Shown here: positions 11,301 to 21,213 of the stretch, piece by piece
Position numbering within the stretch: position 1 is the stretch's first letter
Layout: each line of letters opens with the position of its first letter
Assembly: GCA_000002445.1 (NCBI GenBank)
Contig: CP000068.1
Coordinates: 800,001-864,000, forward strand
Direction: 5' to 3'
DNA: 64,000 nucleotides
Origin: Trypanosoma brucei
Lineage: Eukaryota
The notes under the pieces: model-generated
Told to the model about the DNA's origin: nothing
The model's database searches: none
The model's input: only the letters and a program-made list of their open reading frames with translations
Program-made: the position numbers and the translations under genes

Positions 11301-12506
11301 AAGCGTATTAGTGAATCATCTGATATTCGTAGTATGAAGTCTGAGACTGGTGATCAGTTACTCTATCGCGATGTAGTGGACCTGATTGGCTGTGCCTGCA
11401 CGCTCTCGGATACCTCGACCACCTCAATGTTACCGATAGTGACAACTTTGATTCGACAGGCAAGGTTTCGGCTAAGTGGAATAGGCAATTGCATTTCCTT
11501 TGTGATGCATGCAAACTTTTTTGTTACATTTTTGAATGTAATACCCTTGATAATTGGTGGGCCGCTCCTGATACAGCCAGCAGCTGCGGTGTTTGAGCTC
11601 AATGTTATCATACCCATCCTAGCTCTCTCGTGCACCTACACTGCGTATGCGGACAAGGACCCAATGAAGAGCATTCAATCGAGGCATAATCATTTCGTCC
11701 GACTTAAAATATTGCGTCACAGTGCTGTCGTGTGGTGCCTGCGGTACATTCCCTCACTTGCCGCGTTGTTGGCTCTGGGCATAACGTGTGGTTTACAAAA
11801 GTGTGATAAGGGAAGTTTGCATGAGCTCGCGCTCTCTTCATCCGATAAATGTATGGCTGCAACGCGTGGTTACATTGGACTCACGTTGAATTATTGGCTG
11901 ATGTTTCACAGCTGGACGCACATGAGTCGTTACGACAGACTTTCACCCGCATTTCTATTTAAACCTCGTTACGGTGGACAATACATGTACTTATTCACAT
12001 CTGCTCGGTGGGTCGCTGCCAATGCGCTAACCGTATTCTTCAGTGTTGCGTTTGTTGTCGCGGAAACCTTCTGGGACGGCATACTTGAAGACGCCTTCTT
12101 TCCATCACGCACTCACTTCTACATCTCCGCCTTCTTCCCCGTGCTGTTGGTGTTATTGGATATACCAATAAAGTCGTGGAGGTTGAAGCGCGCAACTTTA
12201 ATGCAAAAGTTCCGTCAGTTGTCTTTCGGTACGCGGCTGGGGATGCATTCACCGCGAGGAGACTATGAACCGGAAGTTGGTTCGGCCACCGGTTGTAGCG
12301 GAGGAGCCAATGAGTGCGGAGGCGGGGTACAGGGAAGCACATCAGACGCCAACGTACGTAATGAACTACCGCTGCGGCGTAGGTTGCAGGATGCCTTTTA
12401 TCGCTTCACAACCATGCGCAGGGGAAAACTGGAACTTAACTGCGTATGTTGTGATCATATCGGGGGTAACTACGCCACGTATCACATTAACGCAAACGAC
12501 ATGTAA
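8307..12506 (+). CDS. Large (1399 aa) polytopic membrane protein with a divergent P-type ATPase-like P-domain, possibly TMEM94-like.
   Basis: ATG at 8307. The segment 'LGLVGLQDSIRPNVQNAMSVLDEAGIRCMYFCSDGERRTKSLGNRLGLE' parallels the SERCA P-domain '[42 protein letters not shown]'. 'CTLLVVASDGLLHAFTVGT' sits where the phosphorylation motif 'ICSDKTGTLT' would be: the SD is kept but KTGT is lost. The C-terminal TM helix 'NVIPLIIGGPLLIQPAAAVFELNVIIPILAL' resembles the P-type M-helices. Multiple TM segments are present in both the N- and C-terminal regions. Confidence 0.6.
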   Translation: MNRKGYKALPREYDEGFSEERVRHALNKDAPSKIYEEFIVQRLQEIMETAQSDSKKPATFGRAAAADVFLRQDAPITVTFAMLATSCAMHPTTDVVTFSVLFAALYTSCMALQVLLLWLRITEKRQSAISVMQKVLTRWKKRLVEGPPRDKLDRRTVFRLFSSFLPASAFRIVAVVDTTTGRLKRTLKCLVMKGALRLQRTTLKVSRHTEPIELFKLVDIVRMILKGEAVMLRSLPDMAPPPRHPNVTVDANINGTGVEGNDEDISTDESDDEYDTRCEANSVHALSVPQQMAFLVYRFVLLAWLLGIVACTFSGYIYHVLTDIPLSDGVFLNPAVALLGLLPVNAKLLNSILVMYANVNLECLFRHLVSKTTHAVDDRIPRLPFRATMQAFRRATSATCSRPPLCFSSSLVETLGTTTVVALLDTTGVVTDMVPLPTRLLMLKSYTAPETPSSTSSTTTSDSDNDEFNGAAAFTGLDHSNDPDPFLRAANFDPEYRLALKRQVRQKKTQKRRFLELQLAPGTDDDLAVQFADCKERQKWEKNVDSLSLCLLIHAMAPEPTKFETWQEPLRFCDQTPRWGPSIHWVPRASEFDDSLAKSFRIVARIFHINTVSWPGRSRECPEQTCTLLVVASDGLLHAFTVGTVCMVTHSCPFHFNGYEIEGFDEELREEVVNTGTVVWKDGRGLETVAASHAMLPDKFRSCAEALPREDGSYAEFLFYNGVQITAENCLAELKLSPSGEPSTNGCEGTNEGVPRECFLGVPTNTNGSTPATSEADVIGAINSNERDAINEGNSFCCSKGFTDIHGNSRLSFVPTSVELLGDLLHVLINGSHAFLGLVGLQDSIRPNVQNAMSVLDEAGIRCMYFCSDGERRTKSLGNRLGLETDWNCCISLDEGAKDLDAHSIRAQLPVGIKSIRRHIVHVDSIPLQVNMFSHAHSASTRAMLSILQDNHEVVSAIGSTFNHSNVRSYIQADLSVGVLPQRRGAVEDKEGLCLENQKRISESSDIRSMKSETGDQLLYRDVVDLIGCACTLSDTSTTSMLPIVTTLIRQARFRLSGIGNCISFVMHANFFVTFLNVIPLIIGGPLLIQPAAAVFELNVIIPILALSCTYTAYADKDPMKSIQSRHNHFVRLKILRHSAVVWCLRYIPSLAALLALGITCGLQKCDKGSLHELALSSSDKCMAATRGYIGLTLNYWLMFHSWTHMSRYDRLSPAFLFKPRYGGQYMYLFTSARWVAANALTVFFSVAFVVAETFWDGILEDAFFPSRTHFYISAFFPVLLVLLDIPIKSWRLKRATLMQKFRQLSFGTRLGMHSPRGDYEPEVGSATGCSGGANECGGGVQGSTSDANVRNELPLRRRLQDAFYRFTTMRRGKLELNCVCCDHIGGNYATYHINANDM

Positions 12507-13342
12507 TTGATCGATTCGGGAATGTTGTTGTTGTTATTATTCTATTCCTCTTCAAAGTTGACGTGGTTACTTAGTGGTTGGGAGCTATCGGAGCGGTACC
12601 TCCACGCGTAACTTTTGGTGACCGACCTCGTCCAGGGTGATGGGTATGCAAAAGTGAATGTGTTGAGCAGCAAACGCGGGAACAGTTGAGTTGCTTAGCG
12701 ACCGTGTAGTTGGGTAGCAAGTATAGAAAAAGAGAAGGAAATATCAGATGGTAGAGCCTCTACCACGGCTTCGTAACCTTCGGTTAATCAACTATCGAAC
12801 CTAACCGTACTGCCCCTGTGCCTTCGAATCACTCTCACGATCTCCGTTTATTTTGTAATGTCTTTATGGAGGTAGTGAGTAGTGATGGAACAGGTGTGGG
12901 AATCATTTAAACTTCTGATACTGCCAGGGTGGCACCCAATACCAACTACTGAGTTAACATCAGAATGCATGAAAGGCAAAGGAGATGGGGTGTCGTTGTA
13001 AAAAAAAAAAATGCATCTCAGGCAGCTTCACTTACTTTTGTTTTCTGCGTCCTTCCTCTGGTTTTGCCTCCCGTTACACTGAAAGGCAACGTTTAATAGT
13101 TTTTTGATGCACATCTGCTCCTTTATAATTTCTTCTTTTCCATAACAAGCACACAAATAAGATTCCGTCACACCCTGAAGCGGATATTCGTAAGTGAAGT
13201 TGGGTGCGTGACGAGACTACTTTTTACATCCACCACAATTTAGCTTTTATTTTTCCGAAACGGTAATAAGAAGTGCACAATCAAGCGAAGGCCGCTGGAG
13301 GTGAAACAAACTAGTGAGAGCTAGCTGTAGAGCGATACAACA

Positions 13343-16087
13343 ATGGTGCCATCCATCCCTCAACTACTGCTTGAGCTTCCGGTGGTTTGTGTTAGTGAAA
13401 ATCATTTACTGAATGGTCGCCTTACTTTGTCCGTTAAAGATGCAACCGCTACCGCGCAGTCATATTACGGTGCTGTGGAGAAGTACTTGCAAGGTAGGGA
13501 ACCCCATCTGGACTTGGAAAAAGATGTTGTCCCAGCCATTGACTTTGCCCTGCGTCTTTTTAACGCGGAGAACTTTAGTGGGGAGTTAGTGCCAGCGGAG
13601 CGGGAGCAGCTGTCTACCGTGCTGGATCGCTACGCCACCGTTGACACGCTGCACGAGCGCTATGTACAGCGTTTGTTAATGAGCGATGGTGAAATGCCTC
13701 ATCCCTGTGTGCGACTTAGTAGGATGTTGCTGGCTGTTCTCGCTACTGCGTGCAGTTCGGTGAAGCATGCCGGACAGTCACAGCCGCAACCGCTGCTGCC
13801 TTACACCTCCGTTTGGCGTCTGCGTTGTCACATGCGTCACCAGCTAATCATGCAGCACCGTGCCCACTCAATATTTCTTCACCTCTCGTCTTGCGTGGAT
13901 GCTGCCCTCGCACTGCCAGACGAATCACTTACGGCTGAACATCTGCTGGAAGTCGGCCACGTGCAGAACTATTACCATCAACGTGAACTAGCAGCGGAAG
14001 TGTTTTGGCGTGCGGCGAGGAAAAGCGGTTTATCAGTCAGCGAAGACACCATGGTTGGCGTGCGAACCCGGTGGCAACAACAGCGGATGGTGCAGATGGT
14101 CGTGAACGCCAGCAGCCAGGTTCCCTTTGCTGCTCCAATATCCGAAAGTGACGCAACTGGAGGTGATGTGCCCCTAGCTGTGATGAGCGAAAAAGATGGA
14201 CATGATTTACTGGATCGACCCCGCGAAGCGGCTGAGGCTCCGGTGGCCGAATTGCAAGCGCTGCAACCACTGGATAAGGCTATCATGCTCGCTTTGTGTA
14301 TAGATATACGGAACACTAATCCATATCATGGGCTGACGCAGCACCGCATGCAGACGTACGTAGAGCGGCTTCTGTCTGATCCAGTTCCCGCACCTTTCAT
14401 CATACAGTGCCAAACACTGTTGCTGCGAGCTCGCCTAGAGCGAGGTCGGAACCGAGTTCAGGAGCGTGCCTTCATGCAGATGACTGAGCTAGTGGACCAA
14501 CATTCGGCCGGTCGTGATCCCAACCGCGCGACGTTTCACAGAACAGATAGCGACTACTTTTACAGTGTTGCCTATCCGTCAATTTGGCAATTGCGAAGTG
14601 AGTATGCTGACTTCTGCTTCGATGAGAGCCTTGTGAAAACGGCACTCGACGCTTATGAGCAGGTGCAAGACTGGGAGAACATCATAAAATGTTGTAAAGT
14701 TCTTGACAAGAGGAGGAGGGCAGAATCCCTAGCGCGAGACCTGTTGGAGTCTGACCCCTGCAACCCACTTTTGTGGGTGGCATTGGGGGAAGCCACGAGG
14801 GAAGCCGAGCACCTTACGAAGGCATGGGAATTGTCTGACCATCGATCTGCGGCACCCATGCGAGCTCTGGCGCGGTTGGCACTCGAGCGTGAAGAATATG
14901 AGCGGGTTGTGGAATGTTTCGATGAGGCAGTGCGTCTCAATCCAGTGTTTGGTGGAGACTGGTTTGCCTTAGGCTATGCTGCAATGCAATTAAAGCGATG
15001 GGAACGCAGTGGTGAAGCCTTCACTCGCGTCTGTCAGATTCAACCCAACGATGCGTACGCGTGGAATAACCTAGCATCAGTACTGCTTCGCACAGGGAAG
15101 CTTCGTCCCGCATTTAATGCGATGAACCAGGCACTGCGCAACAACCGGAGAGACTGGCGGATGTGGCAAAACTACTTCGCGATTGGGTGTGAATTGAAGG
15201 AGGTAACTGAGACAACAAATGCTCTCAACGTGTTGCTGGACATTGCCCAACGTAACGTTCATCTAGAGCGCGGTTCGCTGAACCGCTTTGTGGAGAATGC
15301 CATTGCGTATATGGAAGGACGGATACCCGCAAGTTGCAAAGATCAACAGATGACAGAAGAAGATCAAGAACAGGCGGTGGAGCAGGAAGCAGAAAATAGA
15401 GACGAAGGTGGGAGGATGCACCGAGCGGCTGTCACTAACACCTCGGCTACCCGCATGGGTGTGGAAGATGACAGCATCGCCACCAATGGAAATCATGTTA
15501 ATCCTTCTGATGAAGATGCGATGTGTGATATTGTGCCATTGTGTGCGGATATTGATTTACCAGACATGTGTTCTCCATCTACTAATGCGGCAGCTGCGGA
15601 GGAAGCTGAGCGCGTGCGTGAAGGTGTAATTAGCCGATATAAGTTCCGTTTGCGTGAGACATTTAAACGGATCATCGACCTATTTGTGACGGATCCGGAC
15701 ATATACGCCTGTGCGGCGAAGCTTCTACGATACATGGATGGACCGCTAACTGCTTACGAAATGCGGCAGAAGGAACTTCGGTGTTGTCAGCAAAAGGACC
15801 AATGGGAGCGCGACACTGCACGATTTGCACGGACATGTGAATGTCTTAATGATATGTCTAGGGATTTGTTGGATGCGGTTGATTATTGTGGGGATAGTGT
15901 GGATAATTTGAAGAAGAACAATATTGTAACGGTTTTAAGTGACACGGTGAATAACGTTATAGCCGCCCTTGAAGCGTCAGAGGAGTACATGGAAGAAACG
16001 GCAGAATACAAGCAACTGCGCGGCGAGCTTCTCCCACGTATGCGAAAAGCTCTTAAGGAGACCAAAACTCGCATTATGGCCGACTGA
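13343..16087 (+). CDS. TPR-repeat protein, possibly TTC27-like.
   Basis: 914-aa ORF with ATG at 13343. The C-terminal half has tandem TPR-like repeats (e.g. 'AYAWNNLASVLLRTGKLRPAFNAMNQALRNNRRDWRMWQNY', 'GDWFALGYAAMQLKRWERSGEAFTRVCQIQPND'). The TTC27 assignment is from memory of its architecture only. Confidence 0.6.
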   Translation: MVPSIPQLLLELPVVCVSENHLLNGRLTLSVKDATATAQSYYGAVEKYLQGREPHLDLEKDVVPAIDFALRLFNAENFSGELVPAEREQLSTVLDRYATVDTLHERYVQRLLMSDGEMPHPCVRLSRMLLAVLATACSSVKHAGQSQPQPLLPYTSVWRLRCHMRHQLIMQHRAHSIFLHLSSCVDAALALPDESLTAEHLLEVGHVQNYYHQRELAAEVFWRAARKSGLSVSEDTMVGVRTRWQQQRMVQMVVNASSQVPFAAPISESDATGGDVPLAVMSEKDGHDLLDRPREAAEAPVAELQALQPLDKAIMLALCIDIRNTNPYHGLTQHRMQTYVERLLSDPVPAPFIIQCQTLLLRARLERGRNRVQERAFMQMTELVDQHSAGRDPNRATFHRTDSDYFYSVAYPSIWQLRSEYADFCFDESLVKTALDAYEQVQDWENIIKCCKVLDKRRRAESLARDLLESDPCNPLLWVALGEATREAEHLTKAWELSDHRSAAPMRALARLALEREEYERVVECFDEAVRLNPVFGGDWFALGYAAMQLKRWERSGEAFTRVCQIQPNDAYAWNNLASVLLRTGKLRPAFNAMNQALRNNRRDWRMWQNYFAIGCELKEVTETTNALNVLLDIAQRNVHLERGSLNRFVENAIAYMEGRIPASCKDQQMTEEDQEQAVEQEAENRDEGGRMHRAAVTNTSATRMGVEDDSIATNGNHVNPSDEDAMCDIVPLCADIDLPDMCSPSTNAAAAEEAERVREGVISRYKFRLRETFKRIIDLFVTDPDIYACAAKLLRYMDGPLTAYEMRQKELRCCQQKDQWERDTARFARTCECLNDMSRDLLDAVDYCGDSVDNLKKNNIVTVLSDTVNNVIAALEASEEYMEETAEYKQLRGELLPRMRKALKETKTRIMAD

Positions 16088-17465
16088 CACTGTTATGCCT
16101 ATATATTTCCGTTTTTGGGACTTGGTTCGCGGGAATTATAGTATCTGGACTGTGTTGCGAAATAAATGCACGATCTTTGTCTGGATGTGGGAGCAGTCAA
16201 CAGTCACAATAAGATAATTAAACTCAGTGACTAACGCGTTTAAAGTGTTATAACTGTCTGTAACTGTATTCAGCCACGCCGTCCACCACAGGAGAACGGA
16301 TGTATACTTGAAGTGACAGCCTGAAGTTGTAATTTCAATTTATTTTCTTCTTTTCCCTTTTCCCTTTTCTTTTTTTGAAAATTTAGGAGCTGCTCTCAAA
16401 CACCTTCTATCGCAGACATACATCACGTTGGTTGAAACGAATGTTTCCACATAGATAGGCATGCGAACATCAGGGAGTTAGCGATAATAATGGACATTTT
16501 TCGTAACTTCAGCTACTAAGGAATTTTGAGCCCTGAAAGTAACTGAACCCTGCTGTTGGTTGTGATGTTTGGAAGGCACTTACCCAAATAAGTGAACAGT
16601 GGCGGTTGTGTGCCCTGTGATGTTAAACTCACTGTTACCTATAAGAAGCTTACATCAGGGCTAAAGTTTTCAGCATGTATGTATCCAATATGGCGTCTAT
16701 TAGTTGCTACCTGTTATACTCAGTTTATGTGGTGCGTCACGGTTTACCCTGGGGCTTCATTCTTTCCTATAGCCACTGTGACGGAATGTTTGACAGGTTT
16801 CTTTTTTTTTTTCTAAAAAAAAAATAACAGTGCCCCTTAATAGCTTTTTCGTTATATATTGTCTATTATTCTAAGCTTTGACGGAGCTGTGCATTAGTTA
16901 TGGAGAGTACAACTTCGTTACAATCGTGGAAACGTGTTTACTCACATACGGCCGTGGTCACACCCCTCACTCATTTCACTGAAAATACAAAATTTCATTT
17001 AAATTGGAAGGGGGAAAGACATGCAAAAAATTTTCTTTTTGGTGAAGAACCATGATATCATCCATTCGCTTATCTTTTAATTGGTAAAGAAACTAAATGT
17101 ACCAAAACTGATGTTACCGGCGTTCCAACCTCGTTTCGGCCCTTCCCTTTCCTTTCTTTCCTATTTTTTTTTTTCACTCTTATCAGCACCCCGTTGAAAC
17201 TGCACAACCGTAGAAGTGAGCGAAAAGCGGCGGCTTCGGTTAAGCAGCGAGAGGAGGGAAGGGAAGTTAAAGCAGTGCGTCAGCTAGAATATAGGTGAAA
17301 AAATTTAGGAACGTTTACATCAGGGAAAATTGTACGCAAACGAAAAAAAAAAGTAGCAACAGCAGCAACTGTTATTTTTACGCCAAGCAAAGTTAAAAAG
17401 TTAATATCTATCTGCCACGGAATTATTGATCTGGAAAAAAAAAAACCCTTTAACAACCAGAATTT

Positions 17466-20400
17466 ATGCCACCGCCCACATCTGTTGCCTCAACGGCACG
17501 CTCCAGCAGTGGTGCAACTATCAAACGAAAGGTGGATGACCGCATCCGCAAGGTTATTGAGAATGCCGTACACAAGCGGCATCGCGCACTTCTACTGCTT
17601 GTGGGTGACCGCGGAAAAGATCAAATTGTTAATCTTCACCAGATGGTTTCACACGCCAACCACAACGCAAAGGTGAATGTGTTATGGTGCATGAAGAAAG
17701 AACCGGACTTCGGATCAACAAGCCTTAAACAACAAGAGAAGAAGGCGCGACTTGAGGTGAAGGGTGGAATGTCTACCGATGCAACGAAAGAAGCCTTTCA
17801 GACATTTCTTTCGCAAACCATTATAAGGTTTTGTCAATACAAGGAAACACATAAAATACTTGGGCAAACGTTTGGTATGGCGGTGCTACAAGACTTCGAG
17901 GCTATGACACCCAACACATTGGCGCGAACTATTGAGACCGTGAAGGGAGGTGGCATTATTGTAATAATGTTTCGCGCAATGAAGTCACTGAAGCAGTTAT
18001 ACACCATTGCTATGGATGTCCACTCTCGGTATCGCACAGAGGCTCTTCAAGATGTGGTCCCGCGCTTCAACGAGCGATTCCTTCTTTCTCTAGTTGATTG
18101 CGACACATCACTTTGTGTGGATGATGATCTTAACGTGCTTCCAATCACCGCCAAAATGTGTGCCGTAGAGAGTGCACGAACAACGTCGTATGATGAAACA
18201 TTAGTTCTACAAGGGCGACAAAAGCACGAAGCGGACTTGGCTGCACTAAAGGAACGCCTACGGGCCAGTAATGAAGTGGGGCCACTCATTAGCCTATGCC
18301 AAACACTCGACCAAGGCAAGACCATTCTTTCACTTATGCAGACGGTTGTGGAGAAGTCGCTAAATACAACATGTGTTGTTACTGCTGGTAGGGGTCGTGG
18401 TAAATCTGCAGCACTTGGACTTGCGACTGCTGGCGCTGTGGCACAGGGGTACAGTAATATCTTCTGCACAGCACCATCGCCAGAAAATTTACAAACATTT
18501 TTCGAGTTCGTTGTGCGTGGGTTGCAGGAGCTTGGGTATAAGGAACGCACAGACTTTGAAGCCATGCAAAGCACGAACGTCGAGTTCAGCAAATGCATTA
18601 TACGTATTAACGTTTTCCGCGAGCACAGACAAACTGTTCAATACATTTCTCCGAACGACGCATCAAAGTTTGCACAGGCGGAGTTGGCGATTATTGACGA
18701 AGCTGCAGCCTTGCCGTTGCCGATTGTTAAACAAATGCTCGGCCCGTACTTAGTGTTTCTTTCTTCGACCATCTCCGGTTACGAGGGCACAGGCCGGAGC
18801 CTCTCCATGAAACTTGTTGCAGACATGCGAAAGCACAGTGGAAGCACTAATGCCTCAGTGGCAGGTGACGACCGCCGGCTTCTTCGCGAGTTATCCATGT
18901 CAGATCCTATTCGTTATGGTCCCAATGACCCTGTGGAGTTCTGGTTGAACAAACTGCTGTGCCTTGACGCCACCGTCCGACCGATCGCCGTGAAATCCTC
19001 TCCACACCCAAATTCTTGTGAGTTGTACTACGTGAACCGTGACGCACTCTTTTCTTATCACCCTTTGGCCGAACAGCTGCTGCAGGCAATTGTGGCCATG
19101 TTAGTTGCCGCCCACTACAAAAATCAACCCAATGACCTGCAGCTCATGTCCGATGCACCCGGTCATCACCTCTTCATACTATGTCCCTCTACTGTGGATG
19201 CAAAGAGCGGCATTCCAGACGTATTTTGTGTAATTCATGCATGCGAGGAGGGACACGTTTCGTCCGAAGCAATCAAAAGTAACCTCAGCCGGGGGTTGCG
19301 CCCTTCTGGGGACCTAATTCCCTACACCCTATCGCAGTATTATCTCGAAGAGGGATTTGCAAAACTTGCAGGTCTACGAATTGTTCGTATTGCCACAAAC
19401 CCGGAGTTGCAACGCGCCGGATACGGCTCGCGCGCTCTCGAGCTACTGCAGCAGTACTACACGGGCTCTGTGTCGTTACGTCCTGCCGCGTCTGCTGCTG
19501 CTACAGAAAACAATACGGAATTAAAAGCAGTGGACGATGCCGATGAAGTGAGTAGCACCATCTCACATACCATCAAACCGCGCAAACGCATACCCAGCCT
19601 TTTAGTGCCTCTCATTGAGAGACCTTATGAAGAGATTGACTACCTTGGCGTGAGTTTTGGTGTGACAACGCCTCTGTTTAACTTCTGGAAGCGGGGAGGG
19701 TTCGAGCCACTGTACCTACGTCACGCGGCGAATGAGTTAACTGGAGAGCATAGTTGCGTTATGGTTCGCTCGTTTGGATTTGACCTCGGGCTACTCCGTG
19801 CTGAGTTCCGTCGTCGATTTATTCCCCTTTTAGCGATGCCATTTCGCCAACTTCCAACAGAATTGGCACTGAGTATATTAAAGGATGTTGATGTTAATGA
19901 CCCACAAAAATTAGCAGCTGCCACTGACCTCTCTCATGTGGCGGAGCATAATGTCCGCGTGGCAGGCCAGCCTCAGTGTACATGGAAGGAACTGCAGGAA
20001 ATATTCAGCATCAGCGATTTGAAGAGGTTAAAGCTAAATGCCACTACATTTGTCGAGGGTGGCCACGTTTTGGACCTCGTTCCTGCTTTAGCGAAATTGT
20101 ATTTTGAGTCGCGTTTATTTCACCTTCCCGATGGGGCAGAGGGTGTCGTACTCTCCCACGCGCAGGCTGCAGTACTTTTAGGCGTTGGGCTTCAGTGCCA
20201 AACTATTGAGGAAGTTGGTCAGCAGGCGGTATTTTCTGGCGTACCAACACAGCAGCTGCGTGCCTTTCTACAGAAGGCAATTTCTCGTATAGTAGACCAT
20301 TTCACGCGCCTGCAGAAGCTGAAATTGACTGGATCAAAAGAAGAAGAGACTGTGAAAAGGAATGGGGGGAATGACGATGCGGATGAAAACACCCATGAGA

Positions 20401-20585
20401 TTTACGATAAGGAGGGACGTGTAGTTGGGTTATCCGTGGAAAAGAGAGTCCGGAGTGTAATTAATGTAGATTCGACTTTGCTGCGCGACGCGAAGTCGGC
20501 AACAGTCGGAGCAAGAAATGATGCAGGAGGAACAACAGGATTGCAGCGGGCGTTCAAGCGGTCAAAGAAAACTCGTCGCGGCTGA
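17466..20585 (+). CDS. NAT10: RNA cytidine acetyltransferase (NAT10/Kre33 family).
   Basis: 1039 aa. The N-terminus 'LLLLVGDRGKDQIVNLHQMV...VLWCMKKE' matches the NAT10 N-domain. 'HKILGQTFGMAVLQDFEAMTPNTLARTIETVKGGGIIV' and the Walker-A 'TAGRGRGKSAALGLATAGAVAQGYSNIFCTAPSPENL' match the NAT10 helicase module. 'VNVFREHRQTVQYI', 'ELAIIDEAAALPLP' and 'GPYLVFLSSTISGYEGTGRSLSMKL' are conserved. A GNAT region follows ('GLRIVRIATNPELQRAGYGSRAL'). Confidence 0.9.
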   Translation: MPPPTSVASTARSSSGATIKRKVDDRIRKVIENAVHKRHRALLLLVGDRGKDQIVNLHQMVSHANHNAKVNVLWCMKKEPDFGSTSLKQQEKKARLEVKGGMSTDATKEAFQTFLSQTIIRFCQYKETHKILGQTFGMAVLQDFEAMTPNTLARTIETVKGGGIIVIMFRAMKSLKQLYTIAMDVHSRYRTEALQDVVPRFNERFLLSLVDCDTSLCVDDDLNVLPITAKMCAVESARTTSYDETLVLQGRQKHEADLAALKERLRASNEVGPLISLCQTLDQGKTILSLMQTVVEKSLNTTCVVTAGRGRGKSAALGLATAGAVAQGYSNIFCTAPSPENLQTFFEFVVRGLQELGYKERTDFEAMQSTNVEFSKCIIRINVFREHRQTVQYISPNDASKFAQAELAIIDEAAALPLPIVKQMLGPYLVFLSSTISGYEGTGRSLSMKLVADMRKHSGSTNASVAGDDRRLLRELSMSDPIRYGPNDPVEFWLNKLLCLDATVRPIAVKSSPHPNSCELYYVNRDALFSYHPLAEQLLQAIVAMLVAAHYKNQPNDLQLMSDAPGHHLFILCPSTVDAKSGIPDVFCVIHACEEGHVSSEAIKSNLSRGLRPSGDLIPYTLSQYYLEEGFAKLAGLRIVRIATNPELQRAGYGSRALELLQQYYTGSVSLRPAASAAATENNTELKAVDDADEVSSTISHTIKPRKRIPSLLVPLIERPYEEIDYLGVSFGVTTPLFNFWKRGGFEPLYLRHAANELTGEHSCVMVRSFGFDLGLLRAEFRRRFIPLLAMPFRQLPTELALSILKDVDVNDPQKLAAATDLSHVAEHNVRVAGQPQCTWKELQEIFSISDLKRLKLNATTFVEGGHVLDLVPALAKLYFESRLFHLPDGAEGVVLSHAQAAVLLGVGLQCQTIEEVGQQAVFSGVPTQQLRAFLQKAISRIVDHFTRLQKLKLTGSKEEETVKRNGGNDDADENTHEIYDKEGRVVGLSVEKRVRSVINVDSTLLRDAKSATVGARNDAGGTTGLQRAFKRSKKTRRG

Positions 20586-21213
20586 AATCGAAGGGCTAAC
20601 AGTTATTCACGTGTTTGTAAGGAGGGTGAGCCTTGTGTACTAATGAGAAGAAAGCAGTGAAAATAAACGGGAAGAAATGAGAGTTAAGCCAAAAGTAACG
20701 CAACGCAATTTTTAGCGTCTATGCCATCCGAAATGAGCACCGATGCTCAAAGAAAAAAATAACGAAAAGGGGTATTCATTCACCTTTGGTACGTTTTGTA
20801 TGTGCATATCCGTGGCTGATTAAAAGATAATCGGGTAAACTAACTGTTAAACTGGGTTCTCTCTGTGGTGAACTCCACATGACCTCTCGATATGATAAGA
20901 TTTTTTTTAAAAAAAAGGGGACGCATCGTGTTGCTTTCCCCTTCTCTCCTGTTCCTAGTAAGATGTCATTACCGTCACTTATTTCCTCCGTCTTACTCCT
21001 GTCTCCATTTTTTTTTAAAGGAAAGTTGGTGACAACCAAGCACTCGTTGTGGCAAAAAAAAAAAAAGAACAGACCCCCAATACTGTTTTTTTTTCTTTTT
21101 CACCTTATATTTACTTTCATAAATACTAGCGTGCATACACATCATAGAGATATTCATTGGTGTTTGTACCTCTTTGCAGACACTTTGACGTCCTGTTACG
21201 TTTGTTGGTTATT

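Noticed and set aside
12740-12830. Possible tRNA-like or structured RNA ('ggtagagcctctacc' palindrome; 'ttcgaatc' T-loop-like string)
   Set aside because: I could not build a cloverleaf. The T-loop-like string has no complementary T-stem and no acceptor stem or anticodon arm. It is most likely chance similarity in intergenic DNA.
18047-18598. 183-aa minus-strand ORF inside NAT10
   Set aside because: It is antisense to a highly conserved coding region. Its composition is Ser/Arg-rich and it has no recognisable domain, so it is judged spurious.
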